A DNA stretch of 64,000 bases from Chthonomonadales bacterium (lineage in GTDB: Bacteria > Armatimonadota > Chthonomonadetes > Chthonomonadales > CAJBBX01): NCBI GenBank assembly GCA_035477595.1, contig DATIKM010000071.1, positions 878 through 64,877 of the forward strand, read 5' to 3'. This document shows, piece by piece, positions 9,030 to 18,391 of this stretch; the stretch's first letter is position 1, and the number at the start of each line of letters is the position of its first letter. Under the pieces are notes generated by a model, which saw only the letters and a list, made by a program, of their open reading frames with translations, made no database searches and had not been told where the DNA came from. The translations under genes were made by a program, and so were the position numbers.

Positions 9030-9042
9030 GCGGCCGACCTCC

Positions 9043-9116
<74 letters not shown>

Positions 9117-9215
9117 GCATCGAGGGCCGGCCAACGGGGAGGTGACGAGCCTCCCTGTTGCTCGTCTGGCGACGCGCCCGGCTCTCGCCGGCGGGCCCGG
9201 CGCCCCGACCGGGGT

Positions 9216-10649
9216 GTGCCCGTGTCTTCACGTTTCCGCCGGCTGGTGGTCTGGTTCCGCAGGGACCTCCGCCTCCACGACAACCCCGCCCTGCACGCCG
9301 CGTGCTCAGACGCTGAGTCCGTCGTGCCCGTGGCGGTTGTCCCGGACGACGAGCCCGGCGCCGAGGCATGTGCGGCGAGGAGCAGCTTCGCCGATGCCAG
9401 TCGCGCCTGCCTCGATGCCGCGCTCCGCGAGCACGACGGGCGGCTGACCATTCGGCAGGGCGATCCCGTCGAGGAACTGCCGAGGCTTGTGCGGGAGCTC
9501 GGAGCGGAGGGCCTGTACCATGAGCGCGCCTTCGAGCCGATGGGCCTAGCGCGCGATGCATGGGTCCGGCGCGCTGTGGAGGCCGCCGGCGGGTTCGTGC
9601 GTGAGCACCCGGGGCGCACCGTGCACGATCCCGACGCGTTGCGGACAAGTGCTGGCCGACCGTTCACCGTCTTCACTGCCTTCTACCGCGCCTGGCTGGC
9701 GCAGCCCCTGGAGCCTCCGTTGCCCGCTCCCGACACCGTGAATTGCGTGGAGGGTGTGAGCGGGTTGCCGCCCGCTACGCATGTCCAAATGCCGCGCTTT
9801 GAGCCCGGAGAGCGAGCAGCCCGGTCCGCCCTGGCGCGGTTCGTAGTTCAGCGCCTCCGTGGCTATGCTTCCACCCGTGATGAGCTCGCAGCGGAGGGGA
9901 CGTCGCGGCTCTCGGTGCACCTCCGGGTTGGCACGATCTCCGCACGCGAGGTGGTGTGGACCGCGCTGGGCGCCGCGAGCTCGACGGACAGTGTCGCACG
10001 CGAGTCGGTGCGTGTGTTCGTGAGCGAGCTGGCCTGGCGCGACTTCTACCACCACGTGCTCCACCACCATCCGCATGTCGCACAGGAGAGCTTCCGGCCC
10101 GCTCTGCGGGACATCGCCTGGGCTGACGACGATGCGTTGCGCCAGGCGTGGCAGGAGGGTAGAACAGGCTACCCTCTCGTTGATGCTGCGATGCGGCAGT
10201 TGCACGCGGAGTCGTGGATGCACAACCGCGCACGTATGGTGACAGCGTCCTTCCTGAGCAAGGACCTCCTCGTCGACTGGCGCCGCGGCGAGGGCTGGTT
10301 CATGCGCCACCTTGCCGACGGAGACCTTGCCGCGAACAACGGCGGATGGCAGTGGTCAGCGGGCACCGGCACCGATGCGCAGCCGTTCTTCCGCGTCTTC
10401 AGCCCGGTGGTGCAGGGCAGGCGGTTCGATCCGGATGGCGCATACGTCCGGAGGTACGTGCCGGAACTGGAGCGGGCGCCAACCAGCCTGATCCACGAGC
10501 CGTGGCGGATGTCGGCCTCCGACCAGGCCGCCGCCGGTTGTCGGATCGGGCGCGACTACCCCGCGCCGGTCGTCGACCATGCGCGGCAGCGCCTCGAAGC
10601 GGTGCGCCTGTACCGGGAAGCAGCCGCGCGCCACCGGGGCGACGCGTGA
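9216..10649 (+). CDS. phr: deoxyribodipyrimidine (CPD) photolyase, cryptochrome/photolyase family
   Basis: VVWFRRDLRLHDNPAL is the N-terminal alpha/beta domain. WRDFYHH, TGYPLVDAAMRQL...GWMHNRARMVTASFL...DGDLAANNGGWQWSAGTGTDAQPFFRVFSP is the FAD-binding domain signature. GTG start. Confidence 0.9.
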   Translation: MPVSSRFRRLVVWFRRDLRLHDNPALHAACSDAESVVPVAVVPDDEPGAEACAARSSFADASRACLDAALREHDGRLTIRQGDPVEELPRLVRELGAEGLYHERAFEPMGLARDAWVRRAVEAAGGFVREHPGRTVHDPDALRTSAGRPFTVFTAFYRAWLAQPLEPPLPAPDTVNCVEGVSGLPPATHVQMPRFEPGERAARSALARFVVQRLRGYASTRDELAAEGTSRLSVHLRVGTISAREVVWTALGAASSTDSVARESVRVFVSELAWRDFYHHVLHHHPHVAQESFRPALRDIAWADDDALRQAWQEGRTGYPLVDAAMRQLHAESWMHNRARMVTASFLSKDLLVDWRRGEGWFMRHLADGDLAANNGGWQWSAGTGTDAQPFFRVFSPVVQGRRFDPDGAYVRRYVPELERAPTSLIHEPWRMSASDQAAAGCRIGRDYPAPVVDHARQRLEAVRLYREAAARHRGDA

Positions 10650-11380
10650 GTGCGACCGGGACGGGAGCCGTCCTGGCTCTGGTCTGCCTGCTGCTGTCAG
10701 TCGAAGTCGTCGACGCTCAGCAGAACGCTTCGAGCTCGCCCGATGCGATCATCATCGTGGCGCCGGCGCGCGATAGCGCCGCGATCGCTGTCACGCTGGC
10801 GCGAGCGCGGCCTCACGCCGACGTGCGGTCCCTGCTCGGAGCGGTGGCGGAATCGGGCGGCTGGCGTCTGGAGCGCGTCGAGGTGCGCGATGAGACGGGC
10901 ACGACGCATCCTGCCTTCGGGGCGCCCAGGCCGCTCGGCAAGCAGACAGTGGCCACCGCCACGGTGGTCGGCCCCCCTCTGATCGCTGGCGGCGGGCTGG
11001 TGCTGCAGCCGTTCCTGCAGTTCCTGCGCGAGTTTGGCCGGGTGGACGTTCTGTTCATTGCGCCCGCAGACCCGGGCATGAGCCCGTTGCGCACGTTCGA
11101 GGGCCAGGGGGTCGTTGTCCGGCTCGTGCGCGCGGGCGGACCGTATCATTATGTGCTGGAGAGGCAGGAGGGCAGGGGCCCCTTGCCAAACCTGCCGCTG
11201 ACACAGGAGGCCGCGCCCGCGACCGACGTGCGGGCGCCCGATCAAGACCCGTCTCCTGCGCTCGCGCGGGCAGCGGTGGCTCTGTCGTGGGGGCTTGCCG
11301 CCGCCGCGCTGGTCTTCTGGCTCTGCCGCCGCGCGACCCGGGGCGCCCACCGGCGACGTCCTTCCCGGCGAATCGACTGA
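10646..11380 (+). CDS. hypothetical secreted protein with C-terminal membrane anchor
   Basis: In-frame GTG at 10646 overlaps the photolyase TGA (GTGA). The signal-like N-terminus is VSATGTGAVLALVCLLLSVEVVDAQQ. The C-terminal hydrophobic helix AAVALSWGLAAAALVFWLC is followed by RRATRGAHRRRPSRR. The 388-aa track ORF is an out-of-frame overlap with phr and was trimmed. Confidence 0.5.
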   Translation: MSATGTGAVLALVCLLLSVEVVDAQQNASSSPDAIIIVAPARDSAAIAVTLARARPHADVRSLLGAVAESGGWRLERVEVRDETGTTHPAFGAPRPLGKQTVATATVVGPPLIAGGGLVLQPFLQFLREFGRVDVLFIAPADPGMSPLRTFEGQGVVVRLVRAGGPYHYVLERQEGRGPLPNLPLTQEAAPATDVRAPDQDPSPALARAAVALSWGLAAAALVFWLCRRATRGAHRRRPSRRID

Positions 11381-11397
11381 CAGAAAGGAACCCGCGG

Positions 11398-12465
11398 ATG
11401 CCCGATCTCGACACGATGCTCCACCATGCGAACGAGATGGAGGCTTCCGACCTCTTCCTGCGCGGCAACGCCCGACCGGCACTCCGCGTGCACGGGCGAG
11501 TCCGCGACACGGAGTTCGCACCCCTGAGCCCGGACCAGGTGCGCCAGCTCGCCTACAGCAAGATGACCGGCCGGCAGATCGAGGAGTTCGACCGCCATCA
11601 CGAGATGGACCTGGCCTTCACGCTCGCCGATACGTGCCGTATCCGTAGCAGCATCTTCAAGCAGCGCGGATCTGTCGGCATGGCGAACCGCCTCATACCT
11701 CTCCGGATCCGCACCCTGCAAGAGCTCGGGATGCCGGAGACGCTGTCGGAGTTTATCAGGAGCCGCAACGGTCTCGTGCTTGTCACTGGGCCGACTGGCT
11801 CCGGGAAATCGACCACGCTGGCCGCCCTCATCGATCTGATCAACCAGACGCAGCCGGTGAACATCGTCACGATCGAGGACCCGATCGAGTACGTGTACGA
11901 AGACAAGGCAGGCATCGTCAGTCAGCGCGAGGTGGGCATCGACACTCATTCGTTCCAGGAGGCCCTTAGGCGCGTCCTGCGGCAGGCGCCGGATGTCATC
12001 CTGATCGGTGAGATGCGCGACATCGAGACGATGAATGTGGCGCTACAGGCGGCTGAGACCGGTCATCTCGTCTTCGCCACGGTCCACACGGCGAGTGCCG
12101 CGGAGACGTTGGATCGCCTGTCTAACATGTTCGCCCCACACGAGCGACCCATGCTGTGGCTGCGGTTGTCCCTCTCGCTCCGCGGCGTTGTCTCGCAGAA
12201 GCTGCTGCCCCTGGCGGACGGGAGTGGACGCATCGCGGCGGTCGAGGTGATGGTGGTGAACCCAACCATCGCCAAGATGCTGGAGGAAGGCAAGTCCGAG
12301 GATATGTACGCGCAGATCCGTCAGGCCGGCGATGAGACGTACTGGGGCATGCAGACGATGAACCAGTGTCTGTACAAGTATGTTCGCGCCGGGCTCATCT
12401 CTTCGGAGGAAGCGCTGGCGAACGCGGGAAACTACACAGAGATGCGCCAGATGCTCCGCCGCTGA
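11398..12465 (+). CDS. PilT/PilU-family type IV pilus ATPase (PilU-like: AIRNLIRE motif degenerate)
   Basis: ATG 11398 follows AAAGGAA. EASDLFL, Walker A GPTGSGKSTT, Asp box TIEDPIEY, Walker B DVILIGEMRD, His box TGHLVFATVHT. Where PilT has AIRNLIRE this paralog has TIAKMLEEGK. Confidence 0.85.
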   Translation: MPDLDTMLHHANEMEASDLFLRGNARPALRVHGRVRDTEFAPLSPDQVRQLAYSKMTGRQIEEFDRHHEMDLAFTLADTCRIRSSIFKQRGSVGMANRLIPLRIRTLQELGMPETLSEFIRSRNGLVLVTGPTGSGKSTTLAALIDLINQTQPVNIVTIEDPIEYVYEDKAGIVSQREVGIDTHSFQEALRRVLRQAPDVILIGEMRDIETMNVALQAAETGHLVFATVHTASAAETLDRLSNMFAPHERPMLWLRLSLSLRGVVSQKLLPLADGSGRIAAVEVMVVNPTIAKMLEEGKSEDMYAQIRQAGDETYWGMQTMNQCLYKYVRAGLISSEEALANAGNYTEMRQMLRR

Positions 12466-12554
12466 GCAGTCAGGAGCTCACGATCGCGGCGGTCTGCCAG
12501 ATCGGCAGGCCACCGCACGTATGCTGTCGCACGACCAACGGGGAAACCAGCACC

Positions 12555-13667
12555 GTGCAGCACCAAATCGACGATCTGCTTCGCATGTTGGTGGAGAGCG
12601 ATGCCTCCGACCTGCACCTTCGGGTAGGCGAACCGCCTATCATGCGCGTTCATGGCGCCCTGAAGCGCATCCCGGACATCGATCCGCTCAACGATTCGGA
12701 CATGTATGACCTCGTCTTCGTGACGATGAACGAGGAGCGCCGCGTACGGTTCGAGCAGAACATGGAGTTGGACATGTCCTACGCGGTGCCGGGGCTCGCG
12801 CGGTTCCGCGTGAACATTTTCCGGCAGCAGGGGCATGTTGGCGCCGTGATGCGCGTGATCCCGTTCAGGATTAAGACGATCGACGAACTGGGAATCCCAG
12901 CGGTCGCGAAGGATCTGTGCATGTTGCCCCGCGGGCTCGTCCTGGTCACCGGGCCCACGGGTTCAGGCAAGTCGACTACGCTCGCCGCCATGGTGGACCA
13001 CATCAACGAGCGCAAGCCGCGGCACATCATGACGGTCGAGGACCCGATCGAGTACCTGCACTTCGACAAGGTCGCCTCCATCAATCAGCGCGAGATCGGA
13101 GTTGACACGCACTCCTTCGCGGGTGCTCTGAAGCACATCATGCGCCAGAACCCCGACATCATCCTGGTCGGAGAGATGCGCGACCTCGAGACCATCCACC
13201 TGGCGATCACGGCGGCGGAGACCGGGCACCTCGTGTTCGCCACTCTGCACACGACGGACGCGCCGCAGACCGTCGACCGCATCATTGACGTATTCGAGCC
13301 AGAGCAGCAGCAGCAGATCCGGACTCAGCTCGCGGTGACGCTGCGCGCGGTGGTGTCTCAGACCCTTCTGCCCAAGGCAGACGGCACGGGCCGCACCGCC
13401 GCCTTCGAGATCATGGTGGCAACGCCGGCGATCTCCACCCTCATTCGTGAGGGCAAGACCTACCAGATGTACACGGACATTCAGACAGGTTCGCAGTTCG
13501 GTATGCAGACCCTGGACTCCCATCTGCTAAAGCTGGCCATCCAGGGCGCAGTGTCTTTCGAGGACGCGCAGGCCAAGTCATCCAATCCCCACGAGTTCGA
13601 GAGCCGCTACCGGCGCGCCTTGGAGCGCGCTCTGCGGCCCGATTCAACAGCGGCGTCCCAGCACTAG
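12555..13667 (+). CDS. pilT: type IV pilus twitching-motility ATPase PilT
   Basis: GTG 12555 gives VQHQIDDLLRMLVESDASDLHL. GPTGSGKSTT, VEDPIEY, DIILVGEMRD, TGHLVFATLHT. AISTLIREGKTYQM is AIRNLIRE-like. Confidence 0.9.
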   Translation: MQHQIDDLLRMLVESDASDLHLRVGEPPIMRVHGALKRIPDIDPLNDSDMYDLVFVTMNEERRVRFEQNMELDMSYAVPGLARFRVNIFRQQGHVGAVMRVIPFRIKTIDELGIPAVAKDLCMLPRGLVLVTGPTGSGKSTTLAAMVDHINERKPRHIMTVEDPIEYLHFDKVASINQREIGVDTHSFAGALKHIMRQNPDIILVGEMRDLETIHLAITAAETGHLVFATLHTTDAPQTVDRIIDVFEPEQQQQIRTQLAVTLRAVVSQTLLPKADGTGRTAAFEIMVATPAISTLIREGKTYQMYTDIQTGSQFGMQTLDSHLLKLAIQGAVSFEDAQAKSSNPHEFESRYRRALERALRPDSTAASQH

Positions 13668-13722
13668 CCGCGCGCATCGCGCAAGATCTCTCGTCGCGCG
13701 GTCCACATCACAGGGTCACTGC

Positions 13723-14826
13723 ATGGTAACCGTCGACCAGCTTCTGTACACCACCGTGCACCATCAGGCATCAGACCTGCACATCAAGGCTGAGAGCCCG
13801 CCGCTGATTCGCATCTTCGGCGACCTGGTGCAACTCGACCTCGAGCCCTTCACGCCCGACCAGACGCGCTGGCTGGCCTACAGCGTCCTCTCTGAGGTTC
13901 AGCGCGCCCGCTTCGAGGAGGAGTTGGAGCTTGACTTTGCCTACGAGATTCCCGGACTGGCTCGGTTCCGCGGCAACGTCTACGCTCAGCGCGGCGCGGT
14001 CGGCGTGGCGTTCCGGGTCATCCCGCTGCACATCCAGACGATGGAGGACCTGAACCTCCCGGCGGTATGCAAGTCCTTCGCGGAGAGGCCGCGCGGTCTG
14101 GTGCTGGTCACGGGCCCAGCCGGCTCCGGGAAGTCCACGACCCAAGCCGCTATGATCGACTACATCAACCGGAACTACCCGCTGCACATCGTCACCGTGG
14201 AGGACCCGCTCGAGTTCATACACGACGACCAGCAGGCTCTGATCAACCAGCGCGAACTGGACAGCGATACGCTCTCCTTCGCGAACGCGCTCAAGTTTGT
14301 GCTGCGGCAGGACCCGGACGTCATCCTGATCGGCGAGATGCGCGACCTCGAGACGATCCATCTCGCGATCACGGCGGCTGAGACCGGACACCTAGTCTTC
14401 GGCACCCTCCACACGACCGACGCGGTCCAGACGGTGGATCGGGTGATCGACGTGTTCCCGACCCACCAGCAGCAGCAGGTGCGCATGCAGATGGCTGTGA
14501 ACCTCGTGGGCGTCATCTCGCAGACGCTGGTGAAGCGGGCTGACGGTCTGGGTCGCATCGCCGCCTTCGAGACGCTCGTTGCCACGGCGTCGGTCCGCAA
14601 CCTGGTGCGTGAGAACAAGACCTACCAGATCACATCGCTGCTGCAGACGGGGCAGCGCCATGGTATGCAGACGCTCGATCAGTCGCTCACCGACCTCGTC
14701 AAGAGGCGACTGGTTAGGTACGAGGAGGCGCTCGAGAAGGCGTCCAGTGTCACGGAGTTCAACAACCTTCTGGGCGACGACTACAAGCAGCAGATAGAGG
14801 CCGCCCGCGCCGCGGCGAGGGAGTAG
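13723..14826 (+). CDS. pilT: type IV pilus twitching-motility ATPase PilT (second copy)
   Basis: MVTVDQLLYTTVHHQASDLHI, GPAGSGKSTT, VEDPLEF, DVILIGEMRD, TGHLVFGTLHT. SVRNLVRENKTYQI is AIRNLIRE-like. Confidence 0.9.
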   Translation: MVTVDQLLYTTVHHQASDLHIKAESPPLIRIFGDLVQLDLEPFTPDQTRWLAYSVLSEVQRARFEEELELDFAYEIPGLARFRGNVYAQRGAVGVAFRVIPLHIQTMEDLNLPAVCKSFAERPRGLVLVTGPAGSGKSTTQAAMIDYINRNYPLHIVTVEDPLEFIHDDQQALINQRELDSDTLSFANALKFVLRQDPDVILIGEMRDLETIHLAITAAETGHLVFGTLHTTDAVQTVDRVIDVFPTHQQQQVRMQMAVNLVGVISQTLVKRADGLGRIAAFETLVATASVRNLVRENKTYQITSLLQTGQRHGMQTLDQSLTDLVKRRLVRYEEALEKASSVTEFNNLLGDDYKQQIEAARAAARE

Positions 14827-14832
14827 CCGTTC

Positions 14833-15636
14833 TCAGGGGCTATGCCGGCAGCACGCTGCCCGGTCGGCGATTGCTGCCGCGCTCACTGCGAGGTCCCAGA
14901 TCGCTGGAGCCGAGCGCTCGGCCGTGACCGCAACCCGCTCATGGGCCACGATGCCGTGGGACAGGCCGGCGGCAAGGTTGGTGACGATCGCGACCGCCGC
15001 GTAGCATAGCCCCGCCTCGCGCGCGAGCACCGCTTCCGGCAGGCCCGTCATGCCCACGACGTCCGCTCCGAGGAGCGCGAATGCGCGCACCTCGGCGGGT
15101 GTCTCGAAACGCGGGCCGTCTACACTCAGGTACACTGCGGCGCGCTCCACGTCCAGGCAAAGCGTCTCGGAAGCCCGCATCAAGGCTGCGCGGAGGCGCG
15201 GGCAGTACGGCGCGGAGAAGTCGAGGTGGCCGACGTTGTGCGGATCGAGTGGCTCGTGCCGGCGACGGGTCATGTCTATGAAGTCCGAGAGGACGACAAG
15301 CTGTCCCGGCGGTAGCGACTGTCGCAGAGAGCCCACCGCGTTGGCGGCCACCACCTGCTCGACTCCTCGGTCGCGGAGGGCTGCGATGTTCGCGCGGTGG
15401 TTCACATGGTGCGCCAGCGTCTCGTGGCTCGCGCCGTGCCGGCTGACGAAGACGACGTCCACTCCGCCCGTGCTGCCCTCCGACAGCATCACGTCGCCGA
15501 ACGCGGTGCGCGCCACGGTGAGAGCCTGTCGCTCCATCGGGCGCGCGTTCTCCAGCCCGGTGCCCCCGATGATGCCGATCGTTGCCACTATGGTCGCCTC
15601 CTCCGTGGACAGCGCCGCGGTCACTCCCGCTGACAT
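14833..15636 (-). CDS. mtnP: S-methyl-5'-thioadenosine phosphorylase (PNP/MTAP family)
   Basis: IGIIGGTGL, VFVSRHG..H, NIAALRDRGV, DFSAPYCP and VGMTGLPEAVLAREAGLCYAAVAIVTN are typical MTAP motifs. Start set at ATG 15636 (an alternative is 15693). Confidence 0.75.
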   Translation of the reverse strand: MSAGVTAALSTEEATIVATIGIIGGTGLENARPMERQALTVARTAFGDVMLSEGSTGGVDVVFVSRHGASHETLAHHVNHRANIAALRDRGVEQVVAANAVGSLRQSLPPGQLVVLSDFIDMTRRRHEPLDPHNVGHLDFSAPYCPRLRAALMRASETLCLDVERAAVYLSVDGPRFETPAEVRAFALLGADVVGMTGLPEAVLAREAGLCYAAVAIVTNLAAGLSHGIVAHERVAVTAERSAPAIWDLAVSAAAIADRAACCRHSP

Positions 15637-15654
15637 CGCGGAGGCACCGGCGCG

Positions 15655-17826
15655 ATGACGGAGACGGCCGGCACCCGCTCCTGGCGATGGCACGCCGTGC
15701 CTCTGCTGGTGCTGGCCTTAGTTGCGGTGGCCGCGCTCCACCGCATGGCGCTGCTCGGTGAGCGGCTCTACTGGGGCGACCTCTCGCTCTACTTCGTGCC
15801 GCTCTTCGAGCATATCCGCTCCAGCCTGTATGCCGGCCGCCTGCCGCTCTGGAATCCGCTGGTGCTGTGCGGGCAGCCCATCGTCGGGAACCCGCAGGCG
15901 CCGGTATTCTACCCGAGCATGGCTGCGCTCGCCGTGGTGCAAGCCTGGACCTTTGTTACCGCGAACGCCCTGATGCATGTGGCTCTGGCGCTCGTCGGCG
16001 CCTATGCCTTGGCATACCGTTTCACGAGCGACCGACTCGGCGCCGTGGTCGCCGCGTGCAGCTTCGGCTTGGGCGGATACCTGATCTCGCGGTTGCAGTT
16101 TCCGTCGATGACGATGGCGATCGCCTACCTGCCGTGGCTGCTGCTCGCGGCCGACCGCCTCGTCACGCGGCCAGGAGCCGGCAGTGTGGCAGCGGCCGCC
16201 GCCGTGGTGGCGCTGCTCATCTGTGCGGGTCATGGCCAGGTGGCGTACATGGCGCTCCTGTGCGCTACGGCATACGTCGCCTGGCAGGGCGCGATAGGCG
16301 GACGGGCCCGCGGATGCTGTCGAGCCCTGGCAGCCTACGGAGCGAGCGTGGGGCTCGGCCTGCTGGCCTCCGCTGCGCACTGGCTGCCTTCTCTCCAACT
16401 GCTCGCGCTGTCATCTCGCGGCGACCTCACGCTCGCGCAGGCCGACCGCTTTACGCTGACCCCTGGCCAGTTGGTGAACTTCGTGGCGCCCACGTTCTTC
16501 GGTCATCCCGCGAGCGGCTCCTACTGGGGCCCCGGCAATCTGTGGGAGCCGTGCGTCTACATAGGCCTGGTTCCGTTTGCGCTGGCGCTCTGGGCAGCTA
16601 CCAGCGCATCCACCCGGCGTCGCGCGGCGTTCTGGACCATCGTGGCGTTCGTGTCGGTTGTCGTGGCGATGGGTCGCCAGGGAGGCCTGTACACGGTAGC
16701 CTACATCCTCCTGCCGGGGCTCGCGGCCTTCCACGACCCCGCGAGGTTTACACTGATAACCACCCTCGCGCTTGCTGTGCTGTGCGCGATAGGGATGGCA
16801 GCGCTGCGGGGCGGGGGGGTGGCGCGACGCTACAGGCTGGCGCTCGCGGCAGTGTGCCTCATCGATGTCGCGTGGTTCGCGTCGGGTCTGAACCCCACAC
16901 TCTCAGCGCGCGCCTTCGACCACCGTCCGAGGGCGCTGGCCCTCGCGCCCGATCCGCGGGAAGGACGGGTCATGTCGATGCGCCGTGAGGTCGTTTGGTC
17001 GCGGTACCTAAACTACGACGACTTCGGACCGGAGAGCGCCCGGTACGCGCATGAGCTGACGGACACCCTGACGCCGAACACCGGCATGCGCTTCGGCGTG
17101 GCTGAAGCCAGCGGCTATGAGCCTGTGCCGATCCAGGCCGTGACCCAGGTCGAGGCGCTCTGCCGCAAAGCGGTCGCTCGCCTGGATCGACGAGCGGCGC
17201 CGCTCCTATCGTTGTTGAACGCTCGGCTGCTGTTGCTCCCATACGGCGCCCGGTGCTCCCTGAGCGCGCTGCAGCCGGCCGAGGCGCGGGGAGTGTCCGC
17301 CTTTCGGATCACGCCGACCTCGGCCCGGGCGTGGCTCGTTCGCCGTACAGTGCGCGTAGATGGCCAGCACCGTGCGCTCGCCGTGCTTGCCGATCCGGCC
17401 TTTGACCCGCTCGCGGTCGCGACCGTGAGCGGGTCGCCGGGGCTCCGCCACGATGAGCGTGCTGCCGGCAGTGCGATGGAGGAAGCCTGGGTGGTGCCTG
17501 GGGCAGCGGACGCGACCACAGCGCACTTTCTCGCCCACACGGGGGACGCGCCTGCCTTCTTGGTGTGGAGCGCCGCGGCATACCCGGGGTGGCGCGCCGT
17601 CGTATCCGGGCGCCCTGCCCGAGTGGAGAGAACCAACTGGGCGCTGTGCGGCGTGGTAGTTCCGGCCGGCACGCACGACGTCATCTTCCGGTACGAGCCG
17701 GAGATCGTCCGCGCCGCCATATACTCCGGTGCCGCCGGCGTCTTCCTGATCACCGCGCTCTGGGGCTGGCGTGTCGGTTCGGCAGTTTCGCGGCGGAGGA
17801 AAGCGGCGCCTCACGGTGGAACGTAA
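15655..17826 (+). CDS. YfhO-like polytopic membrane protein (putative GT-C-type glycosyltransferase)
   Basis: 723 aa with ~12 N-terminal helices and a large C-terminal soluble part. The N-terminal motif GDLSLYFVPLFEHIRSSLYAGRLPLWNPLVLCGQPIVGNPQAPVFYP matches what I recall of YfhO family proteins. Confidence 0.6.
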   Translation: MTETAGTRSWRWHAVPLLVLALVAVAALHRMALLGERLYWGDLSLYFVPLFEHIRSSLYAGRLPLWNPLVLCGQPIVGNPQAPVFYPSMAALAVVQAWTFVTANALMHVALALVGAYALAYRFTSDRLGAVVAACSFGLGGYLISRLQFPSMTMAIAYLPWLLLAADRLVTRPGAGSVAAAAAVVALLICAGHGQVAYMALLCATAYVAWQGAIGGRARGCCRALAAYGASVGLGLLASAAHWLPSLQLLALSSRGDLTLAQADRFTLTPGQLVNFVAPTFFGHPASGSYWGPGNLWEPCVYIGLVPFALALWAATSASTRRRAAFWTIVAFVSVVVAMGRQGGLYTVAYILLPGLAAFHDPARFTLITTLALAVLCAIGMAALRGGGVARRYRLALAAVCLIDVAWFASGLNPTLSARAFDHRPRALALAPDPREGRVMSMRREVVWSRYLNYDDFGPESARYAHELTDTLTPNTGMRFGVAEASGYEPVPIQAVTQVEALCRKAVARLDRRAAPLLSLLNARLLLLPYGARCSLSALQPAEARGVSAFRITPTSARAWLVRRTVRVDGQHRALAVLADPAFDPLAVATVSGSPGLRHDERAAGSAMEEAWVVPGAADATTAHFLAHTGDAPAFLVWSAAAYPGWRAVVSGRPARVERTNWALCGVVVPAGTHDVIFRYEPEIVRAAIYSGAAGVFLITALWGWRVGSAVSRRRKAAPHGGT

Positions 17827-17962
17827 TGCATCGCGATGGGGCGCGGGCCTGCGCGCCCCGGTTTCCCGTGACCTCGCGCCGCCAACCGCCGAAGCTGCCC
17901 TAGCCGACGCTGCGCCTGCCGTCGCCGGCAATGGCTCGAACACCATCCACCGGAGTTGCGCC

Positions 17963-18364
17963 GTGAAGGCCATGGAAGTGATGAGGGCGCACGTAGTCAC
18001 CATCCTGGCGACCGCCACCCTTGCTGAGGCGGTCGATGTGATGGACCTCTACCAGGTAAGCGCACTTCCGGTACTGGACAGCGAGGACCGCCTGGCGGGT
18101 GTCGTGACCGAGCACGATGTGGTCGGCTGGCTGCTGCCTGAAGCGCCGGGGCGCCCGGTCGACGCGGGGGCAGTTCGGGTCTCCGACACGATGACGGCGC
18201 CGGCGGTGGCAGTCGATGAAGGCGCGGACGTGATGGATGCCGTCAGGCTCATGCTTGGTCGCCGGATTAAGCGGGTGCCCGTCACGAGCGGCGGGCGGCT
18301 TGTCGGTATGATCAGCCGGATCGACGTATGTCAGGCGATCCTGGAAGGACGGCTGGAGCACTGA
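17963..18364 (+). CDS. CBS-pair domain protein
   Basis: Two CBS repeats (MRAHVVTI...VSALPVLDSEDRLAGVVTEHDVV and VSDTMTAPAVAV...IKRVPVTSGGRLVGMISRIDV). GTG 17963 lies 8 nt after GGAG. ATG 17972 is an alternative. Confidence 0.75.
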   Translation: MKAMEVMRAHVVTILATATLAEAVDVMDLYQVSALPVLDSEDRLAGVVTEHDVVGWLLPEAPGRPVDAGAVRVSDTMTAPAVAVDEGADVMDAVRLMLGRRIKRVPVTSGGRLVGMISRIDVCQAILEGRLEH

Positions 18365-18391
18365 GCGATGCGGTCTGGGGGAGTTCGTACC

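Noticed and set aside
9137-9155. Hairpin GGGAGG-tgacgag-CCTCCC downstream of tRNA-Ala as a terminator.
   Set aside because: The stem is only 6 bp with no U-tract, which is too weak to call. Read-through into the photolyase gene is equally plausible.
10214-10645. N-terminal 144 codons of the 388-aa track ORF 10214..11380, overlapping the photolyase gene in another frame.
   Set aside because: The photolyase frame carries unambiguous family motifs through this stretch. The overlapping frame only becomes protein-like (signal peptide) from the GTG at 10646, so the ORF was trimmed.
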